Assembly (NCBI GenBank): GCA_013265495.1 | Contig: MU058441.1 | Span: 372,001 to 428,496, forward strand | Reading direction: 5' to 3' | Source of the DNA: Vicugna vicugna | Lineage: Eukaryota | DNA length: 56,496 nucleotides | Part shown: positions 37,158 to 50,530 of the stretch, piece after piece | How positions within the stretch are numbered: the stretch's first letter is position 1 | Layout of the letters: each line of letters opens with the position of its first letter | Made by a program: the position numbers and the translations under genes | Notes under the pieces: generated by a model | What the model was told of the DNA's origin: nothing | Databases searched by the model: none | The model's input: only the letters and a program-made list of their open reading frames with translations

Positions 37158-40100
37158 GGGGTGCCCGCACAGGTGGGGGTGCTGAGGGGAGAGAGGAGGC
37201 AGTGGGCCTAAATTCTGGCACCTCTAGGTAGACTTCTGCATGTTGAGGTTCCATGTAATAGTTTAAAACTGCTGCTTGCTAAAATGGCTTAAAAACCGGG
37301 TTTATGAAAAAACTGAATTTCAGAAGGGTGTTCTAGGGTAGTGGGCCTCAAGCTTTGGAGTAGATCAGACCTGATTTTGAGTCCTGGCTCTATCATTCAA
37401 GTGGTGTGACCTCTCTGACCCTCAGTTTCTTCTTCTTCTTTAAGTGAGGAACATACTAGTTGCTACCCCTACAGTTGTGAGGATGGAGCAGATAATAAAT
37501 CCAAAGCTCTTGGCACAGTGACCAGCACATATAAGCACTCAAACTGTCATTTAGCTAACTATCTTCATCTTCAACATCATCATCATTTGCTTAGTCAGCC
37601 AGCAGTTGGGGCAGAATTGGGACCCAGGCCATCTGAATACCAGTCGAAGGTTTTTCACAAGACACTTTTACCGCATTTGCCATTCATTTATTCAGCACGT
37701 ATTATGCAGTAGCTCAGAGGGCTATAGTTTTTTAAGTATGCTTTTCTTAATCTCCGCTGAAACCTGCTTCCTCCTAACTTCCACAAGTGGCCCCAGTTTT
37801 GGCCTCTGGAGGCTACACATCAAATCTGCTTTCTTTGCAGTTTTTCACATAGTGTTTGAAGAAATCTATTCTAGGTCTACTAAGTCTTCTTTTCTCCAAC
37901 CCAAACACCCCCTGGTGCTTTAGATTCTTTCTTATAGGACCCATTTTCAAGGTCCTTTCCCATTCTGGTCACCTGTGCTTTGTTTTTCTTAATAGGAATA
38001 GGACACAGTGCTCTAGCTGCGGTTGGGCTGCGTGGAGTTCCTGGGAGGCAGTAAACAGCTCAACAGTACACTTCATACCTATTTATCGAGTGTCTCCTTT
38101 GGGTCAGGTGTTGTGTTTCTCTCTAGGACTATAAAGGTAGGTCAGCCATTGTCCCTAACCTCCAGCCATGCCAATGTAATAAGCAGTTCACTAAATGTGA
38201 ACAAAGTAGGAGTGATTTTTTCTGCTTGGCTGATTCAGGGAAGATTCCAAAGAAGAGGGGGTTTGAACTAGGGTTAGAAGAATGGGTAGGAGATCACCAG
38301 ACAGAGACTTGGGAGTGAGAAGGGAATTTCAGGCAGTGCAGGAGAGCCAAAATGGGGCTGCTTCTCCCTTACTGCTATAAGACAGAGTAAAGTGGGGTGG
38401 GAAGGAAAATAGAACAAAAGGATTCTCACCTGAAGGGCAGCATGCCAGGCCTCAACACTGTGTGCTGGGTCTGTGGGCTGGTCTCCCTCCTGGTCAGAGG
38501 TCCCCGGTCTTTAGGACAGATGCAGCATGATCCCTCTCTGCCCCAAAACTTCAGCGCATTTCGTGTGGGCTTGGACAGCAGCCTTTGAGAGAGAGAAAGC
38601 CAGCACTGTAAAGGCCCTGGAATTCCTGATCATGCTGTTTCCACTCAGCCCTGCTGCCTTGTCAGTCTCCCCATTGCCCACTGGATACAGTGTGAACTGC
38701 TCAGCCTGGCATCCAGAGCTTTCCAGCTTGGTTCCCAGCATTCTTCTCCAGCCTCGGCTCGCTGCTTCCACATGCTTCCCTTCCCAGACCCCAGCCAGGT
38801 TGGCCTTGTCACTATCCCTTGCTTAAACCTTTCTCCCATGCCTTTCCTGCTTACTGCTCCCTACCTGAAGTGCTCTTCCTACCGCATCCGAGTACCCAAC
38901 TCTGGCTCCACCTCCCCCAGGAAGCCCCACCTCCTTTCTTGACTTTTCCAGCACACACGAATGCCTCTCTCTATCTCTCATAGCCCTCATTTGGAACTCA
39001 GCCCTCATCTGCTGGTATTAAAGTGACTTTTGCTGCTGTGATGTTCATTTTCCCCACTAGATGACAAGCCTTCTGAGGGCAAATATTTAGTTGTCTGTTC
39101 CCATCTGGCTTTAGGCCTGGCACAGGGCTTTATTTTAAGTCTCCTGGCAGTCAAGGAAGGCTCCAAAGAGGAGGTGGCATTTGAGCAGGGCCAGATTGAA
39201 GGACAAGGCATTCACTGGACAGACAAGAGTGGAAGAAAATTCTGGAGAGAGGGAATAACACGTATAAAGGAAATTACAAAGGAAACAGCAGAGAAGTTAT
39301 GTAATCTCTTCACTTAGAAAATAGTAGGTGCTTAATAAATGTCAATTTCCTCCCCTACCCAGCCCCTAAACACTTTTGGTGATGGGAGATGTATTGACCG
39401 AGCTTCAGTTGGCTCCCCATGAGATACCTGGCACAGGGCTTGTTTCCCTGGATGCTGAGTGGCTGTTGTCAACCTAGAGCCCTTTCCTGAGGTCCGGGCA
39501 TGGCAGTGTCTGCTTTGAAATGGATAGGAGAAATTCACTTAAGGTCATCAAATGAGGCAGAGATACTTAGGATCTAGGATCAGAAACCCCATTTCTTAGG
39601 CAGCTTGCAGCCCTAAATCTTATATGAAGAAGGTCACCTTTGTAGGAAACACTTAGATGCACCAAGACGCAGAGGCACACGGGGATACAAGCCTACCCAC
39701 TGACACAGACACAGCCTGATAAATCCAGACACACACACATGCCAGAGATACACTCACACCCACTAGGATGGGAATATGCATATATAGGCACATGTAGACA
39801 CCTGCTTACAGTCATTTACACCCAGGATAGACACATACACAGATTCACTCACAGGTCCACCCATATACATACACGCCACATAACACATGAAGACCCAGAC
39901 ACAGACCCACCCCCACACACAAAAATGCCAGAGGCACAAAGAGACCTCCACGGAACCTCCGAGGCACTTGAGACCCACGAAGGAGTCTGTACATAAAACC
40001 AACAACTCCCTCCTTCCTGTCTGTTGCCTCAGGTCTCCACCTGCCATAACAGAGTGGCGAGTGGACGGTGGCCCCCAGCACTCTGAGTTCTGGGAGTTTC

Positions 40101-40210
40101 TATCCAATTCCTTGACCCCAATCTCTTGCTGGTCAGCCCGGATTCTTCTCTCCATGGTGTCCCAAATAACTTCCTCTGCAACTGCAGTTTTAACCCAAGA
40201 TGAGCCCTTT

Positions 40211-40701
40211 CTTCTTTTGTGTGTGTGTGTGTGTGAATCTCTGCTGTACAGCATAATGTTCCAGTCGTGCATATACATACATATATTCATTTCATACTCT
40301 TTTTCACCATAAGTTACTACAAGATATTGAATATAGTTCTCTGTGCTATACAGTATGAATTTGTTGTTTATCTGTTTTATGTATAGTAGTTAGTATCTGC
40401 AAATCTCGAACTCCCAGTTTATCCCTTCCCACCCTCTTCCCACCTTCAGTAACCATAAGTTTGTTTTTCTATGTCTGTGGGTCTGTTTCTGTCTTATAAA
40501 TAAGTTCGTTTGTCTTTTTTTAAGATTCCACATATAAGTGATATCACATGGTATTTTCCTTTCTCTTTCCGGCTTACTTCACTTAGAATGGCAATCTCCA
40601 TTTCCATCCATGTTGCTGTAAATGGTATTATTTCATTATTTTTTATGGCCGAGTAGTATTCCATTGTATAAAGATACCACAACTTCTTCATCAAGTCACA
40701 G
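40211..40701 (-). mobile_element. L1 3' end insertion with (TG)n tail
   Basis: MMKKLWYLYTMEYYSAIKNNEIIPFTATWMEME. TSD gatgagcccttt at 40199-40210 and 40702-40713. Confidence 0.9.
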
Positions 40702-40942
40702 GATGAGCCCTTTTAATTGAAGGGCTTCCTCCCCTCCTCTGCTTTCCTTTGCTAACTTCTCTTTCATTTTTCTTAAGTAATGATCTTACCTGCTGTACCT
40801 GCCCTATGTCAGGCAGGTACTCAAGCACCAGGGACACATTGGCTGTTACTTCTCATTTCCCTCACTCAGATACTTGATTTTCTCACTTTTCTTTCCCACC
40901 CTTGATTATGCCATTCCCTCCCAGCAAGTCTCCTGCCTGACC

Positions 40943-41490
40943 ACTTACCTGTGAGCATAAACAGGCTCTGCCCTCTGCACGACATACCAGAGGCTGATAT
41001 GCTTCTAGCAAGGGAGTTAAAGCAGGTATGCCCCTGAGAGGAAGGTTTACCTCAATAGCCAAAGACGGGAGGAATGGAATTAGGCCTGGGAGCAGAGGGA
41101 TCACCCACTAATTAATTATCCAGGAAACTCCATGGAGAGCTACAGTGACCTCTGCACCCACTGGCCCTGTGAGGACCACTCCATTACCCTGCTAGAGAGA
41201 CTGGGAGAAAGGGAATGGAGGAGTCTGGGAGTCTAGAATTGAGGTAGACACTCCTCTGCGTGGTGGCACTTGTGCTGGCCCTGTGTGCTCAGAGGATGCT
41301 ATCTCTCCCCTTCCTGCTTCTAAGACCCCAGAGAAAAAATCCAGGGTCAAAGAGGTGAACATTTCTGTGACAGCAAATGTGGAGAAGAAGTTCATCAAGC
41401 AAGCTTTTTACTAATTACACAGCCATCAGCAATGGCTGGATGTGCCTTCTCCCCACTGTGAAGTGCTATTATGACTTTAAGTATTAATTT
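40943..41490 (-). promoter_or_regulatory. Candidate promoter and first exon of the OR1R1-like gene
   Basis: Minus-strand donor CAG|GTAAGT at 40948-40943, homeodomain cluster CTAATTAATTA (41108-41118) and CTAATTA (~41411), O/E-like cccctgagag (41031) and ccccagaga (41326). Confidence 0.45.
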
Positions 41491-41874
41491 TTCTTTTCTT
41501 GTTTTTTTGCTTCTTTGGAAAATAGAAAATTATTTTTATTTCCTTTGACTGTTAAGTACATTTCTCTACAATCACAAGCAGTGTAGCTGTGCTCATGGCT
41601 TTACCTGCCTGTTTCCAGCACAGAGCAGCCAACTCTAAATCAGGGTCTTGGCCTGTGTTGGGTTTTGCACCTGAAAAGCAATAAGCTATAAAACCATTTA
41701 ATATAAGTCCTGTATGTATATTAGCATAGTTATAATTCTCAGAAAAATGAATAAACATAAAATGATTATCATCAAGTTTTGCATTGATTTGAGTTGATTT
41801 GTGGAGTAATTTCTAAATATGTACTATGTTAAAATTAGAATGATTAAATAACGTCGCATGTCCATTGCATGAAC

Positions 41875-42060
41875 ACAAAAAGAAATATATATAATATTTT
41901 AAATTTTTATAATTTAATAATGTATTTATTACTAATACAAATTTTTTATTTTAAGATTTTATATAATATTTATATTATTATAACAATAATACAAATATAC
42001 CTGTATATACCTATTTTATATTTCTATGTTATAAAAATAAATAAAAATTTTTAATATTTC
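41875..42060. repeat. Extremely AT-rich low-complexity tract
   Basis: About 180 nt almost devoid of G and C. Confidence 0.8.
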
Positions 42061-43637
42061 CTTCCAAAGTACCAAAGTGAAAAATTACACTCTAAGCACA
42101 ATTATTAGCATTGTTACTATTTTGTAAAGAGGATATCACATTAGTTTGTGTTAATCTTAAGCAGAACCTCAGGGGAAGTCAGGATTTTGTGAAGTTTTCC
42201 AGGAAGCCTCAGAAGTTTTGCGGAGGACTTGAAACTTGCTCTGGCTGTGGTCTTTGAAAGTTTGAAAGTTCAAGGCAATTTTATCTGGATCTCTAAATCA
42301 AGAGGGCCTGGCTGACATCTGAGTTAATCAGTTTTTTTTTAAGAAAAAAAGAATGTATATGTCAATTATATCTCAATAACACTGGGGGAAAAAAGACAGG
42401 ACAATAGTATACTGGAATAATAATAGTAGGATTATAGCTATTTTGTTCTTTTTATTTTAAAAATAATAGCCCTTATGGTTCTGGTTCACAATAGTGAAGC
42501 AGGAAGATCCAGAACCCATTCCTCCCACAAACATACTGAATCTACAGCTACGGTGGAACAATTTCTTCTAAAAATAATAGTTCCTATTTTCCACAATCGC
42601 CTTTCTTTACCTAAATAATTAGAAAATAGTCATCAAAATAATCTATGGACAGCCAGTGAGACTAGGACAGAAACTCTGTAATACTGTACATGTTGCTATG
42701 TTCCTATTATTGAGTGATTGATACTGGTGGAGCCAATAAAAGATTTACATATAGTTTGACAAAATTCTTAATGGGAAAGAACTTAAACCCAGCTCACAGG
42801 GCTCAGTGATATCCACCTGGAATGCAGACTCACCATTTGCCCGTGAGAGATTTGTACTAGACCCAGAAGGTCCTGCCTCTATGATGTCCTGGGAGCGCTA
42901 AATTTCAAAGTTTTAGAAGTCTGGGACAGGGAAAATGAGGAGGCTCTAAAAGAATCACTCCATCTCACAAGGTTTACAAAAGGGGGATACAAAAGAGTGG
43001 CAATGTAAGTGTAAATGTATGGAAAGAGAAGCTACTACAGAGCAGGTCCTACCATTCTCAGAACTTCCCAAGGGTCATGCTCCCCACCCTGGGGTCATGC
43101 AAAGCCTGAAGCCAGGAGCTGAGATTTTGACCAGAGGATAATACTGAGAACACAGAGGACTTCCCCATACTGCTCTTTGAAGGCATTATCAGCCTATCAG
43201 CTTGCATCTCACTAGCACCCCACCCCACCCATGACCCCCTGAAGCTAGACCTACATAGAAGCTTAGGGAACTTGCTTCCAGTGCTTTAAGTGTGGACTCT
43301 TGCAGGCAAGAATCAACAAATGAAGGTTAGTAGACAGCTAGGAGGGAGATCCAAGCTGAATCATCTGAATACATGGTTCTCATAGGAACCGATTTAATGG
43401 AGGACACAAGAGAGTGCTCAAAAGTTTCTAAGGCATGTTCTCGGTGAGATCCAGAACACCCCGTTTCGTTAAATCAAGAGAAGTTTGCAAAGATAGGGTC
43501 TCAACAACAAATGGTTCTTGGGAAAAAAGCCCTCCTCAATTTTTGAAGAACTAGGTTTATCACTGTAGAAAACTGAATTAAGACTCTAGAATCAACTTCT
43601 AGAATTTTACCATTTGAAACTTGGCCATCTTTACCGT

Positions 43638-44066
43638 TGTCGACCAAGAAATACAGAAGGTCACAAATAAGAGTTTAAGGTCTTAGGATTTGCAATTTGG
43701 GAGACACAGATTCGGGTAAAATGGAAGAATGTTCCAGGGAAGAGAAAAAGTCAGGGGCTAATAAAGGCAAAAGCCACAAGGTTGCTGAAGTTTTCTGGCA
43801 AGAATTATGATTGATTCTGATGTAAGAAAGGAAATATTTGTTTTTATGGGATAGTTTGTTATAAGTTATTTAGGACAAGGTCAGATAAGTATTCTGAATT
43901 TCTGGAACATTGAGTAAATGTTCTGGATGTCTGCATTAGGACAATAAATTGTCAAAGTTCAGATTCCATCTGGCCTGAGATGTGCATAAGTAACACTTCC
44001 TCAGTGGCCTCCTGCCTCTATTTTAGAGAGTTCTCTTAGCAATACCAACTCCATTTTCTTTTCACA
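43638..44066 (-). mobile_element. ERV1-type solo LTR
   Basis: TG...CA termini, 4-bp TSD ccgt/ccat (CpG decay), ctccattttcttttcaca end. Confidence 0.7.
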
Positions 44067-44583
44067 CCATGCATATACATTATATGGGGGATCTTGTTTG
44101 AACACAGATTTTGATTTAGTAGGTTTGGGGAGGGACTGTGACTCTGAATTTCCAACAAGCTTTCACATAAGGCAGATGCTGCTGGGTTGCAGACCACACT
44201 TTGAGTAGCAAGATCTAGAAGATCTGCAGAAAGGATTACAGAAAAATGACAAGAAAAAAATAAGAATTAGAAATGATGAATTAAAAGATAAGGAGAAGAG
44301 TACAATGGACATTTATTTTTCCCTACTTAGCATTCATTTTCTTTTAATTCTCTACCCTGGTTTCCTTTTGTGTCATTTTCCTCTCCTTTGTAGACAACTA
44401 TGATGATATGAATCACACTGCCAGGTTTTCCCCTGGCTAAGGAGTGGACTTAGGATCCAAGACAAACCAGTTGAACACTCTTTCCTGGGGTCCACATTTA
44501 TATGGAATTTTCATAATATATATTCTCTTATCCTTAACACCATGCTTTCAAGAGTCTTCCAGATATTCAGGTGTTGGTTGGTT

Positions 44584-44903
44584 TGTTGACCTAAAACAAA
44601 TAGACTCCAGCAAAGATGGATTTATCTGAGATCAGCAGAGAATTTAAGGTCTGCAACCATGGAGAGCCATGTTCAAGTACCCCCACAGCAAGGGAAGAAG
44701 AGTGCTTCTATAGGGAGGAACAGGGAGTCTGGAGGGCTGTAGCAAACAAAGAGTCTATGGATTTCATTGGCTGAGTCCTTGCCAGGGAGGAAGAGGAGTC
44801 TCTTCTTCCTGTTGGGTTCTGCTGTCATCTCAGAGTAGGGGAGCTCCCCCTTCTGGTCAACCAACTCTATCGGAATGAAGTTTCTGCTTACAAATTTTTA
44901 ACA
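44584..44903 (-). mobile_element. ERV1-type solo LTR (MER31-like) inserted in old L1
   Basis: tgttg...taaca termini, 4-bp flanks ggtt/agtt, tcattggctgagtccttgccagg motif. Confidence 0.65.
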
Positions 44904-45281
44904 AGTTCATGTTCATGGTTATATTACACTCTATTGTATTAATACACAACAGTATATTTTTCTATTCTACTGATGATGGGCATTTGGCTTTTCAACGGGC
45001 TATCATGAATAATGCTTATTTTCATCTTTACTGATACTGACAAACTGCTCTCCAAAGATGTTGTAACAATGTGCATTCGCACCATCTCTTCCCACCAGCA
45101 TAAGAGATTCTAGCTGCTGTGTCTTTGTCAACATTCAGTATCATCAGTTTTTAACTTTAGCCATTCTGCTGGATGTGTAGTAATCTTCCTCTAATTTCCT
45201 TAACTTTATTGGTAGTTGGAAATATTAATTGGAACAGAAAAAAATTTGTGAATGCCTGGAGAGAGAAACTCAGGGTAGAAC

Positions 45282-45805
45282 TGAGACAGGAAGGGGGCAG
45301 GGCACAGCCATTCAAGGAAAGATACAGCAATTAACATCAAAATGGTGGAAGATTCAACCCCTAATAGGCCCTGAGGCTCAAGATGGTGGGAGATTTGACT
45401 TCTAGCCGATCTTGAGCTTCATTATACGCCCACTGTAATATATTAACATGGTAAATAACATGCCCACAGGCAAGATGACAGTCCTAAGGCTAGCTACAAA
45501 AGGTCAAAGAGTGGGAAATGGCCAGCTTCCTGGGAATCCCAGCCCCTTCCCCAGGTTAGTTAGACTTGTTCTTCCACTTATTAGCATATGAAGCCACCAA
45601 GCCCATAAAAACTTGCAACCCCTCTCTCTCTCCCTCTTCCGAGACTGCGCACACTCTGTCTATGGAGTGTGTACCTACTTTTAATCTGAGCACCCAACCC
45701 CACACCTCGTGGCGTTTCTTTTGCCTTTCAATGTATGTCTCTTAATAAATCTACCTTTACTCAACTGTGGCTCACTCTTGAATTCTTTCCTTTGTGAAGC
45801 CAAGG
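45282..45805 (+). mobile_element. ERV LTR (3'-truncated)
   Basis: tgagacagg start, repeated aaaatgg/caagatgg, TATA-like cataaaa (45604), AATAAA (~45745), cttgaattctttcct...gaagccaag U5-type end. Confidence 0.7.
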
Positions 45806-45809
45806 GTGG

Positions 45810-47030
45810 CACCCACATGGGACAGATCCCAATAGCACTGCAAAGGCTTGGAAAACAACTGGCATTGAAACCACAGCCACAGAGGGCTGACTGGAGCTTC
45901 TGACCTAAACCTACCCAGCTCAGTTGCCTGAGAAAACAAAAACACCAGCATACTCTATAGGACTTACAAAAAGATGGAGGCTCATACCGTAATATTCAAC
46001 ATACATAGGTGATACTCCAAAATTGCCCATATTATGAAGCAGCGGGAATCTCTCAGCTCACATGAGGAGAGACAGTGGGCGCCTCAGTGAAGGTGCTGGG
46101 ACCGGTGCTGGGATTATTTGACAGAGACTTTAAAGGAGTGATTATAAAAGACTCCAACAAGTAAGGGCGAACACTGTTGAGAAGAAGGCAAGATAGAAAA
46201 TCTTGGGGAATAAGCAGAAAATACAAAGAAGAACCCAATGAATATTTTAGAACTAAAAATAAGAATAGGTAAAATTTTTTTTTTAAAAATATGCTGAATG
46301 AACTCAACCACAGAATGGAACTGACACAGGAAAGATTCAGTGAATCTGAGTAAAGGAACTATGCAACTTAAACAACATAGAGGAAAAAGGCTTGGAAGAA
46401 AGTGCACAGAGCTTCAAGGACACGTAGGACAAAACTAAAAGGTCTAACACGCATGTCATCAGAGCCAAAGAAGAACAGGAAACAGAGTGTGATACAGGGG
46501 TAAAAAAACCCTTTATTAAGAAGAAATAATGGTTAAAAGCTTCTCAAATTTTGTAAAAGACAAACACCTACAGACTTAAAAAGCTCAGCAAGTCACCAAC
46601 AGGATAAAAAACAAACAAACAAAGACTCATCACCCAGGTACATCACAGCCAAACCAATGAAAACTAAACACAAAGAGAAAAATCTTCAAAGCAGCCAGGG
46701 AAAAGCCACGTTTCCTGTAGAGAAACAATAATTCAAATCACTGTGGCTTCTCATCAGAAACAATGGGGGCCAGAATAAAGCGGGATAATATTCTTTTAAG
46801 TGCTGAGGGGGAAAAAAAACTGTTAATTCAGAATTCTATGTCCAGCAAAAGTACCCTGGAGGAATGATGATAAAATAAAGACATTATCAGATGAAGGAAA
46901 GCTAAGAGAATCCATCACCAGCAGACCTGCTCCAAAAGACCGGTAACAAGAAGTTATTCAAACATAAGAGAAATGATATGAGCAGGAAACTTAAACCGCT
47001 GGGAATAAAGGAAGAACTACAGAAGTTTTA
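45810..47030 (+). mobile_element. Old L1 5' region and ORF1 remnant
   Basis: A-rich, with aaagctcagcaag..., aaagagaaaaatcttcaaagcagccaggg, ttctcatcagaaacaatgggggccaga and agagaatccatcaccagcagacctg, typical of L1 ORF1. Confidence 0.8.
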
Positions 47031-47599
47031 AAGATCCTTTCCTCATGAATTATTAAATATACTTGACGGTTGACAGGAAATATTATACATGACATTAGTA
47101 ATGGGCGTTAATACGTACAGACATGATAGAACAGGCTGACTTCTGATTCCATCTGCTCCCCGCTCTGCAAACAACTGCCTCTCCCTCTGCTCAGCAAGTC
47201 TTTTCTCGGCCACGTGGCTTCTGCTTTTTGGAATTGTTTCCTTTGGCCATCTTGGCCTCTCCGGCTCCCTCCATCTTGGCTGCTGTGGCTCACCGCCCAA
47301 TTCTCTGTGTTTTCCACACCACCACCACACACACACACACGCTCACACTCACACACACTCACATCGTAGAGACTGGCCCTGCTCCTTCTGGTTGGAACAG
47401 CGGCTCCACTCAGGTATACCTCTTCGGCTGCCAGACAGCTAACGACTTGTCTGTTGGGGTACCTGCGGCTGAACAGCAGTTTCATTTTGTGTAAAGCAAG
47501 GTCACCCATAGCTTCCCCCCAACAAGGGCTGTGGCTGGGGCGTGTTTCCTTCCAAGGGGGTGGCAGGCAGGAGCGCTGCCGTGGGGGGTGCAGCCTCAC

Positions 47600-50530
47600 T
47601 AAGCTGTCAGCCTGAGAGCCAGGCCACACCCCGGCACCCCTCTAGGCCTTTGTATGGTCTGTTCCTTCTTCCTGGAATGTCTTTTCTCTCCTCTTGCCTA
47701 GAAAACTTTAAAACTCAGCACAAGGCCTGAGCAAGTCACTCCCTCTCCCCCCGAGTCCTTGTTGCCCTTACGTCCAACTTCTAGTCAAGCTTGTAAGATG
47801 CTGCTGGACACTCTGGCCTTGCATTTGTCTCCCCAGCCAGACAGCAAGCTCCCAAGGGAGGGGGACAGGAGACGTTCATTGTTGCATTCCCACTACCAGA
47901 CACGTTCATTTATGCATTCTGTCATTCGTTCAACAAAGATTAATGACACACCCACTGTGCATCAGTCACTGTACCGGGCACCGGGCTGCAGCTGTGAACA
48001 ACGCAGGTAGCGTCTCCGCCCCCTTGGAGATGCACGTGGGCTGCGCCGTCTGGCCCATCGCAAATGTTCAGTAACTTAAATTTACACTGGGCTGCACGTG
48101 CTTATACTTCCTCTACCAAGGATTCCTTTGGCCTTTCCTAGACATCAAAGCTCCTACATGTGCAACGCAGCGGACAGTTAAGTGGGCCACGAAGTATTCT
48201 GGTATAATCCCAAGGGGCACCTCAAACTTGATTCGTCAAAAACCAAGTTGATCCTATTTCCCAATCCTTCTGCTCCTTGTATATCCTACATCTCAGTAAA
48301 TGACGTCATCACACACCGAGTTGCCCCAGCCGAGAACCTGGGAGTCACACGGGATCCCGCGCTCTGTCTCTCTCACCAGCAGCTGCAAGTCTTGATGACT
48401 CCACTTCCTCAGCATCGCCTTCACCCCCCTACCCGACCTCCATTCCTGCTAACCCTGCCTTGTTGCTGGCCCTTATCACCTCTCACCAGCTCTGCGAAGA
48501 ACTCTTCTCGCGGGCCTCCTGTTTCCTTTGCAACCATATCACTTACCTCCTCCCGGCCCCAACCTCATGAATTCCCCTGAAATGTCCCCAGCTCCCTGAA
48601 ACTCTTGCTGCCTAAGTGCCCAGAATGCCAACCCTCGCCCCGACTCTCCCGTTCCCACCAGCCTGGCAGATGCCTACTCAGGTTTCAGGACTCAGTTTAA
48701 GTTGCTCCCCCGAGAAGCCTTTTCTGTCTCCCCAAGGTAAGCCAACCCCTCCCTGCGTTAGGCTGCACACGCTGTACAGGACTCGTCTGCAGAGTAACGT
48801 GCGGGTACACTCACTTTTAAATCTTTTTGTTTCCCTCGCCAGACTAGAGGCTCCTTCAGGGCAAAACCTCTGTATTCTAGGTACCTGGTGTATAATAGGT
48901 GCTCAATAAACACTTTTTGAGTGAATCTAATAAATAAACACAATACTTTCTTAACTTTATCCTTCTTTTTCTGTGAAAAAAGCAACCAGGCCTTCCACCA
49001 GCTGCTTCTTTGAGAACCTGAAGACATGAATGAAGTCCTTCATGGTTTGCCTGCCGTACAGAGCTGAGAGAGCCAGTTCCACCAAATCTCCCAACCCTAA
49101 GGACCATCTGGGCCCTCACACACTCGCCTCCTGACCACACCTGCAGGGGGCCTCCATCCTGGGTCCCACCATAGACAGGTAGGCGTGTGATCTTTACTCA
49201 GTCTCACGCTCTAATCCTTCATTCCCAAACACCCATTCGCACCTCTCTTTCAATCTCTTCCCTTTGTCCTTGGCCACAATTTTGTTCCTCATCTCTTCCC
49301 GTAATAGCCCTCTTCTTTATCCCCCAACTTTATCTTCTTTGTCTCCACATCATCGACCTAACCATCCTATCCCTAAGCATAATCATTGCACGTGAAAGCT
49401 ACTGAGCATCTACGATGCCCAGGCCCTGTGTCAGGCCCTGAGGGTAAACAGGGGAATGAAGCATCGTCTCTGTGCACGGGAAACTCAGGGAGGCCAAACA
49501 TGCATCTGAAGAGATAATAGGGAAATACCGGTCTAGGCTGTCATTAACCAGTGTCCTCGGGCTGTGGAAGGGACAGTACCACGGACAGTGGAGAGGATCA
49601 GAAAATTCCCCTTGGAGGAGACAGGCTTGACTTGGTTTTGAACTAGGAAGAAAAGTTCTTGGACATGTTCAGGAAAATGCAATCAGAATTTCACACTGAG
49701 TTAGTCACGTGAGCAAAGATCCAGGAGTCAACAGGTACAAGGGGTTTTAAGAGAACAATAATTAAAATTGTTGGGGCTGGAATGGAAAGGAGGTGTAGAG
49801 AAGTCATGGAGATGAGACTGGAAAGATCGTTTGGGGCGAGACTGTGAGAGGCATAATCGCCAGGCTGAGGCGCTGGGACAGTGGCAGGGAAGCAAGAAGG
49901 TCAGGGGTTCTATGTTGAGAGGGAGGAGAAAATTAAGACGTAAATCATACTTTATAAAGGATGACATGGCAGCTACGGGGACGTGGATCAGAGCAGGGAG
50001 AGGCTGTGGCAGGATGACTGTCATGGTGTAGGTGGTGAAAATAGAAACTGAAAACATGGGGTAGAGGAGAAGGATGCAGTAGGAGGAACAATCAGACCAA
50101 AGCCAGGGCTTTGAGCACATGATTCTAGGGTCTATAAATGACAAAAACCAGGAAAGCTGAAAGCGGGAGCCCTTTTGAGACACGTGGCTGACTGTGACCG
50201 TAGACAAGGTCCAAGTGCGAGGTGGAGGGTAAGAGATCGAGGGACAGACGTCCCGCAGGTGGTAGGTAACACGGACTTGGAACTCGTGAGACAAGTCAGG
50301 TGTTGAAGAGGCGACTGGGGAGTCATCTGCTTGGAAGGGATCTTCAGGAGCAAAGAAGCTAGTGGGAAGAGCAGAAAGCCAAGGACTGAGCCTTGAGGTC
50401 CACCTCCTCTTAGGAGTGAGGAAGCAAAACAAGAAAGCTCGTGTGGGGGTTAGAAGGGGAACCAGCCCAGGGACGAAGAAGCCGATGGCAGAGAAAGATT
50501 CTAGGCTTAGGGAGGGAGCTGCTGCCCGGT
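47600..50530. mobile_element. Cluster of L2 fragments on both strands
   Basis: gttccttcttcctggaatg, cattcgttcaacaaa, cacctcaaactt...aaaaccaag, taggtgctcaataaa, and a purine-rich L2 body at 49390-50530. Confidence 0.65.

Noticed and set aside
36426..37211. 261-aa plus-strand ORF
   Set aside because: Antisense shadow of the GC-rich OR1R1 CDS. Stops are rare at this GC content, the start is non-ATG and there are no recognisable motifs.
39739..40312. Overlapping 78-175 aa ORFs
   Set aside because: CA/TG-rich low-complexity sequence running into an L1 tail, with no coding signature.
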